Source: an uncultured bacterium
GTDB lineage: Bacteria > Desulfobacterota_D > UBA1144 > Nemesobacterales > UBA2774
Length of the DNA: 64,000 bases
Direction: 5' to 3'
Assembly: GCA_963705505.1 (NCBI GenBank)
Contig: CAVPJU010000008.1
Span: 64,001-128,000, forward strand
In this document: one piece after another, positions 19,740-30,014 of the stretch
Layout of the letters: each line of letters opens with the position of its first letter
Numbering within the stretch: the stretch's first letter is position 1
Made by a program: the position numbers and the translations under genes
Notes under the pieces: model-generated
Databases searched by the model: none
The model's input: only the letters and a program-made list of their open reading frames with translations
Told to the model about the DNA's origin: nothing

Positions 19740-20733
19740 TTAATCCCTGTATTTAAAATTAGCCGAAACCTCGTCGAGGTAAGCGAGGTCTTCGTCGGAA
19801 AGCCTGAAATTCATGGACGCGGCGTTATCCCGCGCCTGCCCCACGCTCGTAGCTCCGGGTATGACGACGATTGTATCTCCGTGAAAATTCATGAGCCAGT
19901 TAAGGGCGGCCTGAGAGGGGGTCGCGTTATATTTAGCTGCTACGGTCTTCAGGGCCTCCGCGACAGGTCTTGACCTCTCCAAACGCTCCCTGTTGAGAGA
20001 GCCGTAGAACCTCCTGAAAAAGTTCTTCTCCCTCAGGAGCTCCGGGCGGTCGTGGAACTTCCCGGTCAGCATCCCGCGCGCAAGCGGCGAGTACGCAATG
20101 ATCGTAACGCCCAGGTCTTTAGCCGCATCGAGCACCCCGTTCGTCTCGATCTCCCGTCTTATCATACTGTAGTTCACCTGGTTAGAGACGAGAGTGAGAC
20201 CGAGGCGCGAAAGCTCGAGATGAGCCTTCCTCATCCCGTCTGCAGAGAAGTTGCTCACCCCAGCGTATCTCACCTTGCCGTTCCCGGCGAGCTTCGCCAT
20301 TTCCCTCATCTGAGACCCGATCGAGGAAAACGAAAACGGGTTATGTATCTGGTGCAGGTCTATGTAGTCAGTGTTAAGGAAGCGGAGCCTGTCGTCTATG
20401 GATTTACCTATCGATCCCGCAGTCCTGAGTGCGGGCCACCATTTGGTCGCGACGACTACGCTGTCCCTCTTGATATTCAGCTCCCCGAGCGAGCGCGAAA
20501 GGGCTTTCTCCGATTCCCCCCACCCGTAGAGCTCGGCCGTGTCGAACCAGTTAATCCCGCCTTCGACCGATACGCGGACGATCTCCCTTATGTCCTGAGC
20601 GGTCAGGGGCGGCCACAGGAGGCCCGACAGTCCCTTCCCCCTGCTGAACTGGACGCATCCGAGACCCGACCGGGGAAACGAACATGCCCGATGTACCTAA
20701 CCTCCTTTGCTCACGCGTGTGCTCACCTTTCAT
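19740..20733 (-). pseudogene. Aldo/keto reductase with a one-base frameshift near 20665 (possible assembly error)
   Basis: RRLGTSGMFVSPVG continues in a shifted frame as LGCVQF...FDTAELYG...VATK...GVSNF...AYSPLARG. Confidence 0.8.
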
Positions 20734-20783
20734 GAACTGCGGCCTCGCTTTCAATAAACGGGGAATTTAAATATAATAGCCAC

Positions 20784-21554
20784 ATGACCCCCAAAAGACG
20801 AATAATCGATCTCGGTATCACCGTAGAGCCCGCTCCCGGCCCGGAGCACCAGAGGCTCGAGATAAAATATGAAAAGCACGAAGATACAGCCGAATACATG
20901 ATGATGCGGTTCGAATGCGAAAGAGGCGACCTCCCCGGCGGGCTCGGCTGGGCAAACGAATACGTCACGCTCGGCACTCACGTCGGCACTCACATGGACG
21001 CCCCCTGGCACTATCACCCCGTTTCCGAAGGAAAGAGGGCGAAGACAATAGACGAGCTGCCCGTAGAATGGTTTTACGGGGACGGCGTCGTTATAGACAT
21101 GAGGCATAAAAAACCGGGCGATCTAATTTCGACTGACGATCTCAAACGATCCCTCCGTGAGATGAATTATCTACTGAAACCATTCGATATAGTCCTCGTC
21201 ATGACCGGTGCTGACAAGCTCTGGGGCAGGGAGGAATACTGGTCTCAGTTCCCGGGGCTGGGAAAGGAGTCCACTCTCTGGCTCGCGTCTCAGGGGGTGA
21301 AGGTTATGGGGACTGATTCCGCGGGGTGGGACAGGCCCTTCCGGACAATGGTGGATGAGTTCAAGAGGACGGGTGATTCGAGCGTCATATGGGGGGCCCA
21401 TTTCGCGGGCATAGACAGGGAATACTGCCAGATAGAGAAGCTCACTAACCTCGACCTGCTCCCTCCGCACGGGTTTAAGGTCGTATGCCCTCCGATAAAA
21501 ATACTTAACGCGAGCGCCGGATGGGTGAGGCCGATAGCTATCGTTGAAGCTTAG
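20784..21554 (+). CDS. Cyclase family metal-dependent hydrolase
   Basis: HVGTHMDAPWH, GTDSAGWD, IEKLTNL, PIKILNASAGWVR. Confidence 0.88.
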   Translation: MTPKRRIIDLGITVEPAPGPEHQRLEIKYEKHEDTAEYMMMRFECERGDLPGGLGWANEYVTLGTHVGTHMDAPWHYHPVSEGKRAKTIDELPVEWFYGDGVVIDMRHKKPGDLISTDDLKRSLREMNYLLKPFDIVLVMTGADKLWGREEYWSQFPGLGKESTLWLASQGVKVMGTDSAGWDRPFRTMVDEFKRTGDSSVIWGAHFAGIDREYCQIEKLTNLDLLPPHGFKVVCPPIKILNASAGWVRPIAIVEA

Positions 21555-22101
21555 CCCTCTTTAACCCTCCCTCTTTCGGGGAGGCGAAAACGACTGTCCA
21601 GTAAGTCTTATTCTTCGTGTCCTTGTTGTGAAAGCACGCGCCGCCTATCTCCGTGTAGCTCGCCGTCATTATATTCTCGCAGTGCTCGGGGCTCCTTAAC
21701 CATGCCGCCACCACTTCTTCCGAGCTCTCCCGTCCGGCGGATATGTTCTCGCCGACGCTCATCCACTCGTAGTCAAGCTTCTCCACCCTCTCATCCACAT
21801 GGCTCCCGTCGGAGCCCGCATGGCTTACGAAGTCCCCGGTCGCCATATCGACGGAATGGTCCAGAGCGACCCTTGCCAGGGTGGGATTCCACGTGACCTG
21901 TCCTGCGGGGGTGAATATTTTATAGCCGCAGTTCCGGCTCTGCGCCCTCGCCCTGTTTATGAGGAAGAGCATCTTTTCCTTGGTGACTTCGAAATCCTCG
22001 CAACGGTAGGAGTCGTTCGCGAGGACGTAAACGATTTCGTTATTTTTCCCGCAGCCGCTGAGAAACATAACGACTGCCGTTATGGTTAGCAGTCTCGTCA
22101 A
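21538..22101 (-). CDS. CAP/SCP domain lipoprotein
   Basis: Lipobox LSGC; HSVDM, GENISAG, WLRSPEHCENIM. Confidence 0.88.
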   Translation of the reverse strand: MTRLLTITAVVMFLSGCGKNNEIVYVLANDSYRCEDFEVTKEKMLFLINRARAQSRNCGYKIFTPAGQVTWNPTLARVALDHSVDMATGDFVSHAGSDGSHVDERVEKLDYEWMSVGENISAGRESSEEVVAAWLRSPEHCENIMTASYTEIGGACFHNKDTKNKTYWTVVFASPKEGGLKRAKLQR

Positions 22102-22147
22102 CGGCTATATTATACTCGGTGCGCCTGAAAATAGCACCGGTTTTTCT

Positions 22148-22792
22148 TCAGTGACTGGCGGCTGCAGCCGCCCCCCAGTACTCCTTAATGAACCGGTCCC
22201 TGCCGGAGCCTGCCCTGTAAGTCTTATAAGTAACCGGGTCCTTGAGATAGAACTTCTGGTGATAGTCCTCAGCGGGGTAGAACTCAGTCGCCTCAACTAT
22301 TTCAACTACGATAGGCTTATCGAACCTGCCCGACTTATCGAGCTTTTCCTTCGAGGCTTCCGCGGCCTTCTTCTGGGCCTCGTTGTGGTAGAAGATCGCG
22401 GGCCTGTACTGCTTCCCCCTGTCGACGAACTGGCCGCCCGAGTCGGTAGGGTCTATATTCATCCAGTAAACGTCGAGAAGCTCATCGTACGTGACCTTCC
22501 CCGGATCGTAAACTATCTCAATCGATTCCGCGTGCCCCGTCTTGCCGTAAGACACCTGCTTGTATGTCGGGTCCTTTTCCGTCCCTCCCGTAAAGCCCAC
22601 TGTCGTTCTTACGACTCCGTTCAACTTGTCGAACGGGGGCTGGATACACCAGAAACACCCTCCCGCGAAGGTGGCAGTCTCAAAATTGGCACCCTGAGGC
22701 TGAGCCTTGCCGACGTTTTCATCCGCACGCAGGATACCGCCCAGCCCTAAAAGCAAGAGCGATACCAGAATTACCGAAAGTTTTCTCATCAC
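22148..22792 (-). CDS. msrA: Exported peptide-methionine (S)-S-oxide reductase
   Basis: Signal peptide; FAGGCFWC, TGHAE, FYPAEDYHQ. Confidence 0.95.
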   Translation of the reverse strand: MMRKLSVILVSLLLLGLGGILRADENVGKAQPQGANFETATFAGGCFWCIQPPFDKLNGVVRTTVGFTGGTEKDPTYKQVSYGKTGHAESIEIVYDPGKVTYDELLDVYWMNIDPTDSGGQFVDRGKQYRPAIFYHNEAQKKAAEASKEKLDKSGRFDKPIVVEIVEATEFYPAEDYHQKFYLKDPVTYKTYRAGSGRDRFIKEYWGAAAAASH

Positions 22793-22854
22793 TGTCTCCT
22801 GTTCCGTTTTAGAATCCCTTCAACAACCGGGCCTCTTTAATACATGCAGGATAT

Positions 22855-22883
22855 ATATACGCTTTTTAAAGGGAAAAGGTTTC
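22855..22883 (-). promoter_or_regulatory. Putative ECF-sigma promoter AAACC-N16-CGTATAT upstream of msrA
   Basis: Same motif and spacing as at 2764-2792. Confidence 0.5.
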
Positions 22884-22973
22884 AGGGAGCTTCGATTTCG
22901 GAGTCGAATTTCTTCCGGTCCCGGAAAAATCGGAATGCCGGAGGCACGATACTAACCGCCGTCCCCTTTCCGT

Positions 22974-24347
22974 TCAGCTGAGGAGTCCCCACTTCTTCAT
23001 CCGGTAGCGGAGCACCTCGCGTGTGATTCCGAGCATTTCGGCGGTCCTGGTCTGGTTCCAGTTGTTGAGGTCGAGCGCTTTTGTTATGACCTTCTTTTCA
23101 ATTTTGTACAGTGAAGCTTCTTCTCTAGGGACGTCTATAACCATCTTTTCGTCAGAATTCTGCACCCTGAGGCTATCCCCCTCCTCGAGCATTATATACT
23201 TCGGATTAAGGACTCCGTCCTCGCTAAGGAGTACAGCCCTCTCGATCGTGCTCCGAAGCTCCCTCACGTTCCCCGGCCAGTTGTAATTCATGAACGTCTT
23301 CCTGACCTCATCCGGGATTACAGTGATATTCTTACTGAGGTCCGAGTTGAAGTATGCTACGAAATGATCCGTAATCGCAGGGATATCCTCCTTTCTGTCC
23401 CTGAGCGGGGGCATCTCGAAGCTTATCACCCTGAGCCGGTGATAAAGGTCCTCCCTGAACTCGCTGTGCTTTACCAGAGATTTGAGGTCATGGTTCGTGG
23501 CCGCTATGACGCAGAGGTCAACCGATATATCCCTGTTGCCGCCCAATCTCCTGAATGAGCGTTCCTCGACCGCTTTAACGAGCTTTGCCTGGAGGGCGAG
23601 GCTCATATCCCCTATCTCGTCGAGGAAGACCGTCCCCCTGTCCGCCTGCTCGAGTATCCCCTTCTTCATCTTTTTCGCGTCGGTAAATGCGCCGGCTTCA
23701 TGGCCGAAGAGCTCGCTCTCGAGGAGGGTCTCCGGTATAGCGGCGCAGTTGATCTCGATGAACGGGCCCTGTTTCCTTATTCCGTTGTAATGGAGTATCT
23801 TCGCCGCAAGCCCCTTCCCCGTACCGCTTTCGCCGGTAATCAGGATAGTCCGCGGGTCCGTCTCAGTGAGCTTCTTGAAGAGCTTGGCCAGTTCCCGTAT
23901 GGACTCGCTCGTTCCGATAAGGGATTCGAGGCCGTACTTCTCCTGAGCCCTCATCGCGGCGGCGCTCAGGCTGTTCTTGAGCTCGCTCGTCCTGAGCGCG
24001 TTACGGACCATTACTTTCAGCTTATCGAGCGGAAACGGCTTCTCTATAAAATCGTACGCCCCCACTCTTATAGCGGTGACTGCGACTTCCACGTTCCCGT
24101 GCGCGGTCATCATGATGGTCGTCGGCGGGCGTTCCCACTTCGAAAACGCCTTCAGGACCTCGAGTCCGTCCTTATCGGGGAGCTTGAGGTCGAGGAGGAC
24201 CAGGTCCGGGTCCTCCCTCTTCGCGAGGTCTATCCCTTCGCCGCCCTCAAAGGAGGTGATGACCGAATAGCCCTCCTGGGTGAGCGCCTTATGGAGCTGC
24301 TTACATAAAAGCCTTTCGTCTTCGATGATAAGTATGAGTGAACTCAT
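22974..24347 (-). CDS. Sigma-54-dependent response regulator (NtrC/AtoC family)
   Basis: Receiver domain, GESGTGK, GAFTDA, WPGNVREL, Fis-type HTH. Confidence 0.95.
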   Translation of the reverse strand: MSSLILIIEDERLLCKQLHKALTQEGYSVITSFEGGEGIDLAKREDPDLVLLDLKLPDKDGLEVLKAFSKWERPPTTIMMTAHGNVEVAVTAIRVGAYDFIEKPFPLDKLKVMVRNALRTSELKNSLSAAAMRAQEKYGLESLIGTSESIRELAKLFKKLTETDPRTILITGESGTGKGLAAKILHYNGIRKQGPFIEINCAAIPETLLESELFGHEAGAFTDAKKMKKGILEQADRGTVFLDEIGDMSLALQAKLVKAVEERSFRRLGGNRDISVDLCVIAATNHDLKSLVKHSEFREDLYHRLRVISFEMPPLRDRKEDIPAITDHFVAYFNSDLSKNITVIPDEVRKTFMNYNWPGNVRELRSTIERAVLLSEDGVLNPKYIMLEEGDSLRVQNSDEKMVIDVPREEASLYKIEKKVITKALDLNNWNQTRTAEMLGITREVLRYRMKKWGLLS

Positions 24348-24377
24348 ATATATTTTGCCTTCTGCTCACTTTTCGTA

Positions 24378-25709
24378 TTAATTAAGTTTACTGTGATTGG
24401 CGGCCTGCGCTCCGGAAGCCTTGTCCCGGGCTTCGAGCTCTATATTCAGATCGTTCGGTATTTCCACGACGAACGTTGACCCCTCGCCCACCCGGCTCGT
24501 GATGTGGAGCTTGCCTCTGTGAGCCTCCACTATTCTGCTCGAAATTGCAAGTCCGAGCCCCGTTCCCGTCTCCTTTGTCGAATAGAAAGGCTGGAGTATC
24601 TTTTCCATCTCCTCGTCTGGCACGCCGCACCCGGTATCGGAAACGGAGATCTCGACGGAGCCGTTACGGCTCCTGGTTGCGACCCTCACTTCACCGCTGC
24701 TCCCTGTAGCGTCTATGCCGTTTATAAGAAGATTCAGCACCACCTGCTCTATCTGCTCGTGGTCCACATAAAAATTGTTTCTGCAGGCGAGGTCTTTCTT
24801 GATGGTTACCCCTTTTTCCTTCGCCTTCATGCTTACGAGGTTGAGCGCCCTCTCGACTATGTCGTTCGGCGTGCATTCGATGAGCTGGAGGCTCTTCGGG
24901 TGTCCGAGCTGAAAGAGTCCCTTCACTATCCGCTCGAGCCTCGATATCTCATGGAGGATGTCCGTTATGGTCTGCCTGTGCTCCTCGTTCTCCGTCTCGT
25001 CCTTCATTAGCTCGAGCGCGAGCCCTATACCGGAAAGCGGGTTCCTCACCTCGTGGGCGACACCTGTCGCAAGCTCGCCTATCGCGGCCAGCTTCTCCGA
25101 CTTCATCAGCTCCCAGTGCTTCTCCTCTATCTCGCGCGTCGCCTGGGCGATCTCCGACTCCAGGAGCTCGTTAAACCTCCTCGTAGTCTCGAGGAGCTTC
25201 ATTATCTCCTCGTTCTTCATCTGAAGCTCCCTGTTCTTCCTGTCTATGTTGTCGATCATATTGTTGAACGCCTTCACGAGCGTATCTATCTCGCTCGATG
25301 TCTTGAGGTTTTTCAGCCGGACGGAATAATCCCCCGCGGCCACGGACTCGGCCGCGTTGAAGAGGCTCAGTATAGGTTTCGTTATCACTCTCGGAATAAA
25401 AATCGTAAGCACTATGCCGAACAGCATCGTGACGCCGACGACGGTCAGTATCATAACGTAGGAATACTTGATCTGTTTGTCCGAGATCCTTATAGCCTCG
25501 AGAAGCATCTCGTTCGCGAATATACCCTGCTTCCCCTCTTCCTTTTCACTGACGATCTTCGAGAGTGTATTGTAGCGGCCCCTGATGTTCGATGCCGTAT
25601 TGTCAAGGTTGTAGATGCTGTAAATGGACAGCCCGCTGACGAGCAGCATAAAGAAAAACATGAGAGCATATCCGAGTGTTATCTGTTTACTGAGGTTCAA
25701 GGGACTCAC
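24378..25709 (-). CDS. HAMP-domain sensor histidine kinase
   Basis: Two TM helices, HAMP, AHEVRNPL, NLLING, DTGCG, FYSTKETGTGLGL. Confidence 0.95.
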   Translation of the reverse strand: MSPLNLSKQITLGYALMFFFMLLVSGLSIYSIYNLDNTASNIRGRYNTLSKIVSEKEEGKQGIFANEMLLEAIRISDKQIKYSYVMILTVVGVTMLFGIVLTIFIPRVITKPILSLFNAAESVAAGDYSVRLKNLKTSSEIDTLVKAFNNMIDNIDRKNRELQMKNEEIMKLLETTRRFNELLESEIAQATREIEEKHWELMKSEKLAAIGELATGVAHEVRNPLSGIGLALELMKDETENEEHRQTITDILHEISRLERIVKGLFQLGHPKSLQLIECTPNDIVERALNLVSMKAKEKGVTIKKDLACRNNFYVDHEQIEQVVLNLLINGIDATGSSGEVRVATRSRNGSVEISVSDTGCGVPDEEMEKILQPFYSTKETGTGLGLAISSRIVEAHRGKLHITSRVGEGSTFVVEIPNDLNIELEARDKASGAQAANHSKLN

Positions 25710-26069
25710 ACCGCAAATTATCCGCTTATCTTTCCTTTAGAGAATTTTACCCGTTATTGACGGCAGCTCATATCGAAATTTCGACCGCCGTCATTAGATA
25801 TTAACACGCCGGGCCGGAAAACAGGCGCCGCCCCTTATTATAGGCCCGGCCCCCCTGAAAGATAAGAGTACCCGGATTATGGGAGACTCCTCGTAAAGAC
25901 GGATCCCGTCCGTTGCTGAAGAACGGGGGATTTTATACCGGACTGCCTGTCTTTACACGCCTTTTTCAAGCCCCCTCACCCTTCCGAAAAATTCCGCAAA
26001 CCCGTTATAGATAAATTCGGAGAATCTGGTAAAGTATATGCCCTTGGGTGCATATTCTTAACCTTTAAG

Positions 26070-26669
26070 ATGAACATCAGGCATTTTATACCGGTTTCTA
26101 TATTAGTTCCTTTCATGCTCATAGTTATTGCCGGCTGTTACCCTAAAACGGACGGGATGCAGGAACTTTACGACAGGCAGACCGCTCTCGAAGCCAAGAT
26201 AGACAAGCTTTCTCATGACCTGGAAACAGGGCTTTCCCAAATTGACCAGAACATCGACAAAGTGGAGGTCAGCCAGCAGAAGCTCACGGCAGACGTGGAG
26301 ACTCTTAAGGAGAAGAACGCCGCGGCGGAAAAGAAGGTTGAGAAGGTTGAGAATAAGAAAAACACGAAAAACAACAAAACCGCACAGGTAAAGCCTAAAG
26401 CGCCTGCGAATACCCCCGAATTCATATTTTCCAGGGCGGCTGCGAGTTATAACGACGGCCAGTTCGAGGACGCGATCCTGGAGTACCAGAGGCTCATCGA
26501 CACCTATCCCAGGGACAAGAGGGTCCCTGAAGCATACCTCAGACAAGGGCTTTCCCTCATTAACCTCGGAAGGAAGCAGGAAGCCAAGTACTTCCTCAAC
26601 ACCCTCATAGACAAATACCCCAACTCCAGCGAAGCAGAGACCGCCAGAGAGAAGCTGAAAACGATTTAA
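26070..26669 (+). CDS. CpoB/YbgF-like TPR lipoprotein
   Basis: Lipobox IAGC, coiled coil, TPR ending LIDKYPNSSEA. Confidence 0.75.
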   Translation: MNIRHFIPVSILVPFMLIVIAGCYPKTDGMQELYDRQTALEAKIDKLSHDLETGLSQIDQNIDKVEVSQQKLTADVETLKEKNAAAEKKVEKVENKKNTKNNKTAQVKPKAPANTPEFIFSRAAASYNDGQFEDAILEYQRLIDTYPRDKRVPEAYLRQGLSLINLGRKQEAKYFLNTLIDKYPNSSEAETAREKLKTI

Positions 26670-26905
26670 CGGTTCCCCGCTCCCGATACAAGGTCCCTTT
26701 TCCATTATTCCGTTATGCCGTGTGAAATAGAAGGTCCGCCCAGCGCGGCCCGGCAAGTTGTCCATCGATCAAACGAGGCTGCCGAGCCCGGACCCCGAAA
26801 ATTTTTCTCCTTTCAGGCCAGACACTTGTAGATGCAAGTATAGATATCCTGCATCCCTCCCGTTTTAAGATCATCACAATCGTAAAAATCATAAGGAGGT
26901 GCTTC

Positions 26906-27376
26906 ATGACGAAGCTCAATTTATTTGCGGCTGCTTTGTTAATGGTGTTCGGTCTCACCGCATTCGGCGGATCGGCCGTGCGCGCGGCTGACGGGACAGA
27001 GGTCGCGACCGCGGGTGATGGCGGATACGACGTTGTATCCTATTTCACGGAATCGAAGCCCGTGAGGGGGAACGGCAGGCACACGGCGGAGTATCAGGGC
27101 GTAACTTATCTTTTCTCGAGCGAGCAGAACAAGAATACGTTCGAGAAGGACCCTCAGAAATACCTTCCCGCTTTCGGCGGCTACTGCGCTTACGGGGTCG
27201 CGAGAGAGAAGAAATTCTGGGGAGACCCCGAAGTTTGGGAGATAGTGGACGGCACCCTTTACCTGAACCTGGATAAAAGCATCCAGCAGGAATGGGACAA
27301 GGACAAACCGGGATACATCACAAAAGCGAATTCGAACTGGAATACGATAAAGGATAAATCCCCCGGGGATCTTTGA
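26906..27376 (+). CDS. Exported YHS-domain protein
   Basis: Signal peptide; GYDVVSYF, YLFSS, PQKYLPAFGGYCAYG. Confidence 0.85.
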   Translation: MTKLNLFAAALLMVFGLTAFGGSAVRAADGTEVATAGDGGYDVVSYFTESKPVRGNGRHTAEYQGVTYLFSSEQNKNTFEKDPQKYLPAFGGYCAYGVAREKKFWGDPEVWEIVDGTLYLNLDKSIQQEWDKDKPGYITKANSNWNTIKDKSPGDL

Positions 27377-27410
27377 TCCTTATACAGCACTGTCAGCAGA
27401 AATACAGTCG

Positions 27411-27456
27411 GGAGGGCGTGGACAAGTACGGTCCGCGCTCTCCGTTTTAATTTTTG
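27411..27456 (+). terminator. Intrinsic terminator
   Basis: GGAGGGCGTGGAC / GTCCGCGCTCTCC stem followed by T-tract. Confidence 0.6.
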
Positions 27457-27508
27457 TTCGGAGTAATATGGGAATAGCCGATTCTTCGGGGTTATAGCCG
27501 GTTAAGAT

Positions 27509-28900
27509 TTACGCGGACTTTTTCGAGGCGGCGATCAGTACCGCCACCGCGCAGGACGCGAGCTTGGTGCGCAGCGAATCCGCCCTGCTTGCGAGTACTA
27601 TCGGGACGCGCGCCCCGAGGACTATCCCCGCACCCTCCGCCCTCGCCATGAACGTAAGCTGCTTCGCGAGCATGTTGCCGGCTTCGAGGTCGGGCACTAT
27701 CATTATGTCGGCGTCCCCCGCGACCTCCGACTTGATCCCCTTTATCTCGGCCGCCTCCCTGCTAATCGCGTTGTCGAACGCGAGCGGCCCGTCGAGTATC
27801 GCACCCGTTATCTGCCCCCTCTCGGCCATCTTGCAGAGCGCCGCGGCTTCGAGCGTCGAACGAATCTTCGACGTAACCGTCTCCACGGCCGAGAGTATCG
27901 CGACCTTGGGCGTCTCGACTCCGAGTATGTGCGCGAGCTCAATCGCGTTCTTGCATATATCCACCTTGTCGTCGAGCCCCGGATATATGTTTATAGCGGT
28001 GTCTGTAATTATAAGGGTCTTATGGTAAGTAGGGACGTCCATGATATAAGCGTGGCTCAACCGGCGCTCCGTCCTGAGCCCCGTATCGTGCTTGACGACT
28101 TCCGACATCAATTCGTCCGTATGCAGGCTGCCCTTCATGAGGACCGTGCACCCGCCTTCCCGGACGAGCCTCACGGCTTCCGCGGCGGAGGCGTGGCTGT
28201 GAGGCGTGTTGACGATCTTGAGCCCGGATATATCTATGCCGTTTTCCTCCGCCACCTTTTTTATCCTCTCTTCGGGGCCTACGAGCACAGGCTCTATCAG
28301 GTCCTCCTGCCAGGCGGTTACGACTGCCCTGAGCGAAGACTCATCGCAAGGGTGAGCGACCGCGGTAAGAGGGGTTTCGAGCTCGGCGCACTTCTCTATA
28401 AAGTGCTCGTACTTGTTATAGGTCTTTACTATTATCTCGGGGCTCTCCGCGAGGGGAACGGACACCTTCTCCACGGGGGCTATTACAGTTGCGGTACCCG
28501 TCATAACGGTCTCGCCCTTCTGGTTCCTGCAGAGACAGTCGAAGCTGACGACCTTGGTCTTCGGCTCTTTCCTGTTCGCCCTGATAGTCAGGGTTATCGT
28601 ATCCCCGACCTTGAGTGTCTTTAAGTAATCGAGCTTCTGCGATACAAAAACCGCACCCGGCCCGGGGAGCTCGGAACCGAGAAGGGTCGACGCCAGGAGG
28701 CCGCTCCATAGGCTCTGTGCGGCAAGTTTCCCCGAATTATATTTTTTCGCGTAACCCTCATCCAGGTGGATAGGGTCGAGGTCCCCCGTCAAAGCCGCAA
28801 ATTCCTCGAGGTCCTCCTTTTTCAGGGTCTTCGAAATACTCGCCGTATCCCCGATTTTTATCTCGTCAAAAGTCCTGTTCTCAAGCTTTTCGCCTGTCAT
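27509..28900 (-). CDS. Bifunctional MaoC enoyl-CoA hydratase / phosphate acyltransferase
   Basis: TGDLDPIHLD MaoC motif; MKGSLHT, DGPLAFDNA, PDLEAGN. Confidence 0.9.
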   Translation of the reverse strand: MTGEKLENRTFDEIKIGDTASISKTLKKEDLEEFAALTGDLDPIHLDEGYAKKYNSGKLAAQSLWSGLLASTLLGSELPGPGAVFVSQKLDYLKTLKVGDTITLTIRANRKEPKTKVVSFDCLCRNQKGETVMTGTATVIAPVEKVSVPLAESPEIIVKTYNKYEHFIEKCAELETPLTAVAHPCDESSLRAVVTAWQEDLIEPVLVGPEERIKKVAEENGIDISGLKIVNTPHSHASAAEAVRLVREGGCTVLMKGSLHTDELMSEVVKHDTGLRTERRLSHAYIMDVPTYHKTLIITDTAINIYPGLDDKVDICKNAIELAHILGVETPKVAILSAVETVTSKIRSTLEAAALCKMAERGQITGAILDGPLAFDNAISREAAEIKGIKSEVAGDADIMIVPDLEAGNMLAKQLTFMARAEGAGIVLGARVPIVLASRADSLRTKLASCAVAVLIAASKKSA

Positions 28901-29002
28901 TGCCTTCCTTTCCGCGTATTAATTATAACCCCTGTTTATCCACGGATTATTATGCCCGATTTATATGAACCGGATGTTAAGACGCTGATATGAACAAGAG
29001 CG

Positions 29003-29950
29003 CTAACTCCTGTGCATATTCTTTTTGTACCACTCGATTGTTTCAACGAGCCCTTCCATTAAGGGCATTTCGGATTCAAAGCCGAACTCCTCCTTTGCCC
29101 TTGAGACATCGAGATTCCTCCTCTCCTGGCCGTCGGGACGCGTAGTGTCCCATTCGACTTCCCCGTCATAACCGACCAGTTCCCTTATCATATAAACAAG
29201 CTCCCCTATCCTGATTTCCTCTCCCGAGCCCAAATTCACAGGGTCGCCTTTTTCGTATCTCTCGGCGGCCATTACTATCCCGCGCGCAGCGTCCTTTACA
29301 TAGAGGAACTCCCTGGAGGGATTTCCAGTGCCCCATGCCGTAACCTTTTTCAAGCCCTTTTCCTTTGCGTCGCAGAATTTAAGAATTAATGCCGGGATGA
29401 CATGGGCGTCTTCCGGATCGAAGCGGTCCCCGGGACCGTACAGGTTTACGGGCACCAGATATATCGCGTTAAAACCGTACTGTTTCCTGTAGGACTGCGC
29501 CTGAACAAGGAGAGCTCTCTTGGCCACGCCGTAAGGGGCATTCGTCTCCTCGGGATACCCGTCCCATAAATTCTCTTCCTTAAAGGGCACGGGCGAGAAC
29601 TTCGGATACGAACAGACCGTCCCGACGGCGACAAACTTTTCCACCCCCTTTTGTCTCGCCGCTTCCATAAGTTGTATCCCCATAACGGCGTTATCGTAAA
29701 AGAGCTCACCGGGGAACTTCAAATTAAAGCCTATCCCCCCCACCCTCGCCGCGAGATGAATAACTATGTCCGCATCGTCCACGGCTTTCAGACAATTCTC
29801 CCACTTCCTGAGATCGAGGTCCCGGCTCCGGGGGATTCTTACGTTCTCTCTATTCACCCCTCTCGCAGCAAGCTCCCCAGCGACGAAAGTGCCGAGAAAC
29901 CCGCTGCCGCCGGTCAGGAGTATTTTTTTCGAACTGAAATCCTTAACCAT
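29003..29950 (-). CDS. fcl: GDP-L-fucose synthase
   Basis: TGGSGFLG, HLAARVGGI, GYPEETNAPYGVAK, NLYGP. Confidence 0.93.
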   Translation of the reverse strand: MVKDFSSKKILLTGGSGFLGTFVAGELAARGVNRENVRIPRSRDLDLRKWENCLKAVDDADIVIHLAARVGGIGFNLKFPGELFYDNAVMGIQLMEAARQKGVEKFVAVGTVCSYPKFSPVPFKEENLWDGYPEETNAPYGVAKRALLVQAQSYRKQYGFNAIYLVPVNLYGPGDRFDPEDAHVIPALILKFCDAKEKGLKKVTAWGTGNPSREFLYVKDAARGIVMAAERYEKGDPVNLGSGEEIRIGELVYMIRELVGYDGEVEWDTTRPDGQERRNLDVSRAKEEFGFESEMPLMEGLVETIEWYKKNMHRS

Positions 29951-30014
29951 GTCCTCAAGCCACCGTTCATGTTATATGTGAAGAGATTAACACGCATCCG
30001 CCCGGCTGCTGTTA

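Noticed and set aside
26814..26830. Possible sigma-54 promoter upstream of the YHS gene
   Set aside because: The -12 dinucleotide is GT and the -24 context is poor
26906..27376. Possible selenoprotein in the YHS family
   Set aside because: The FGGYC position is TGC and the TGA is at the normal C-terminus before a terminator
27509..28900. MaoC-phosphate acyltransferase fusion as a novelty
   Set aside because: A well-known, widespread bifunctional architecture
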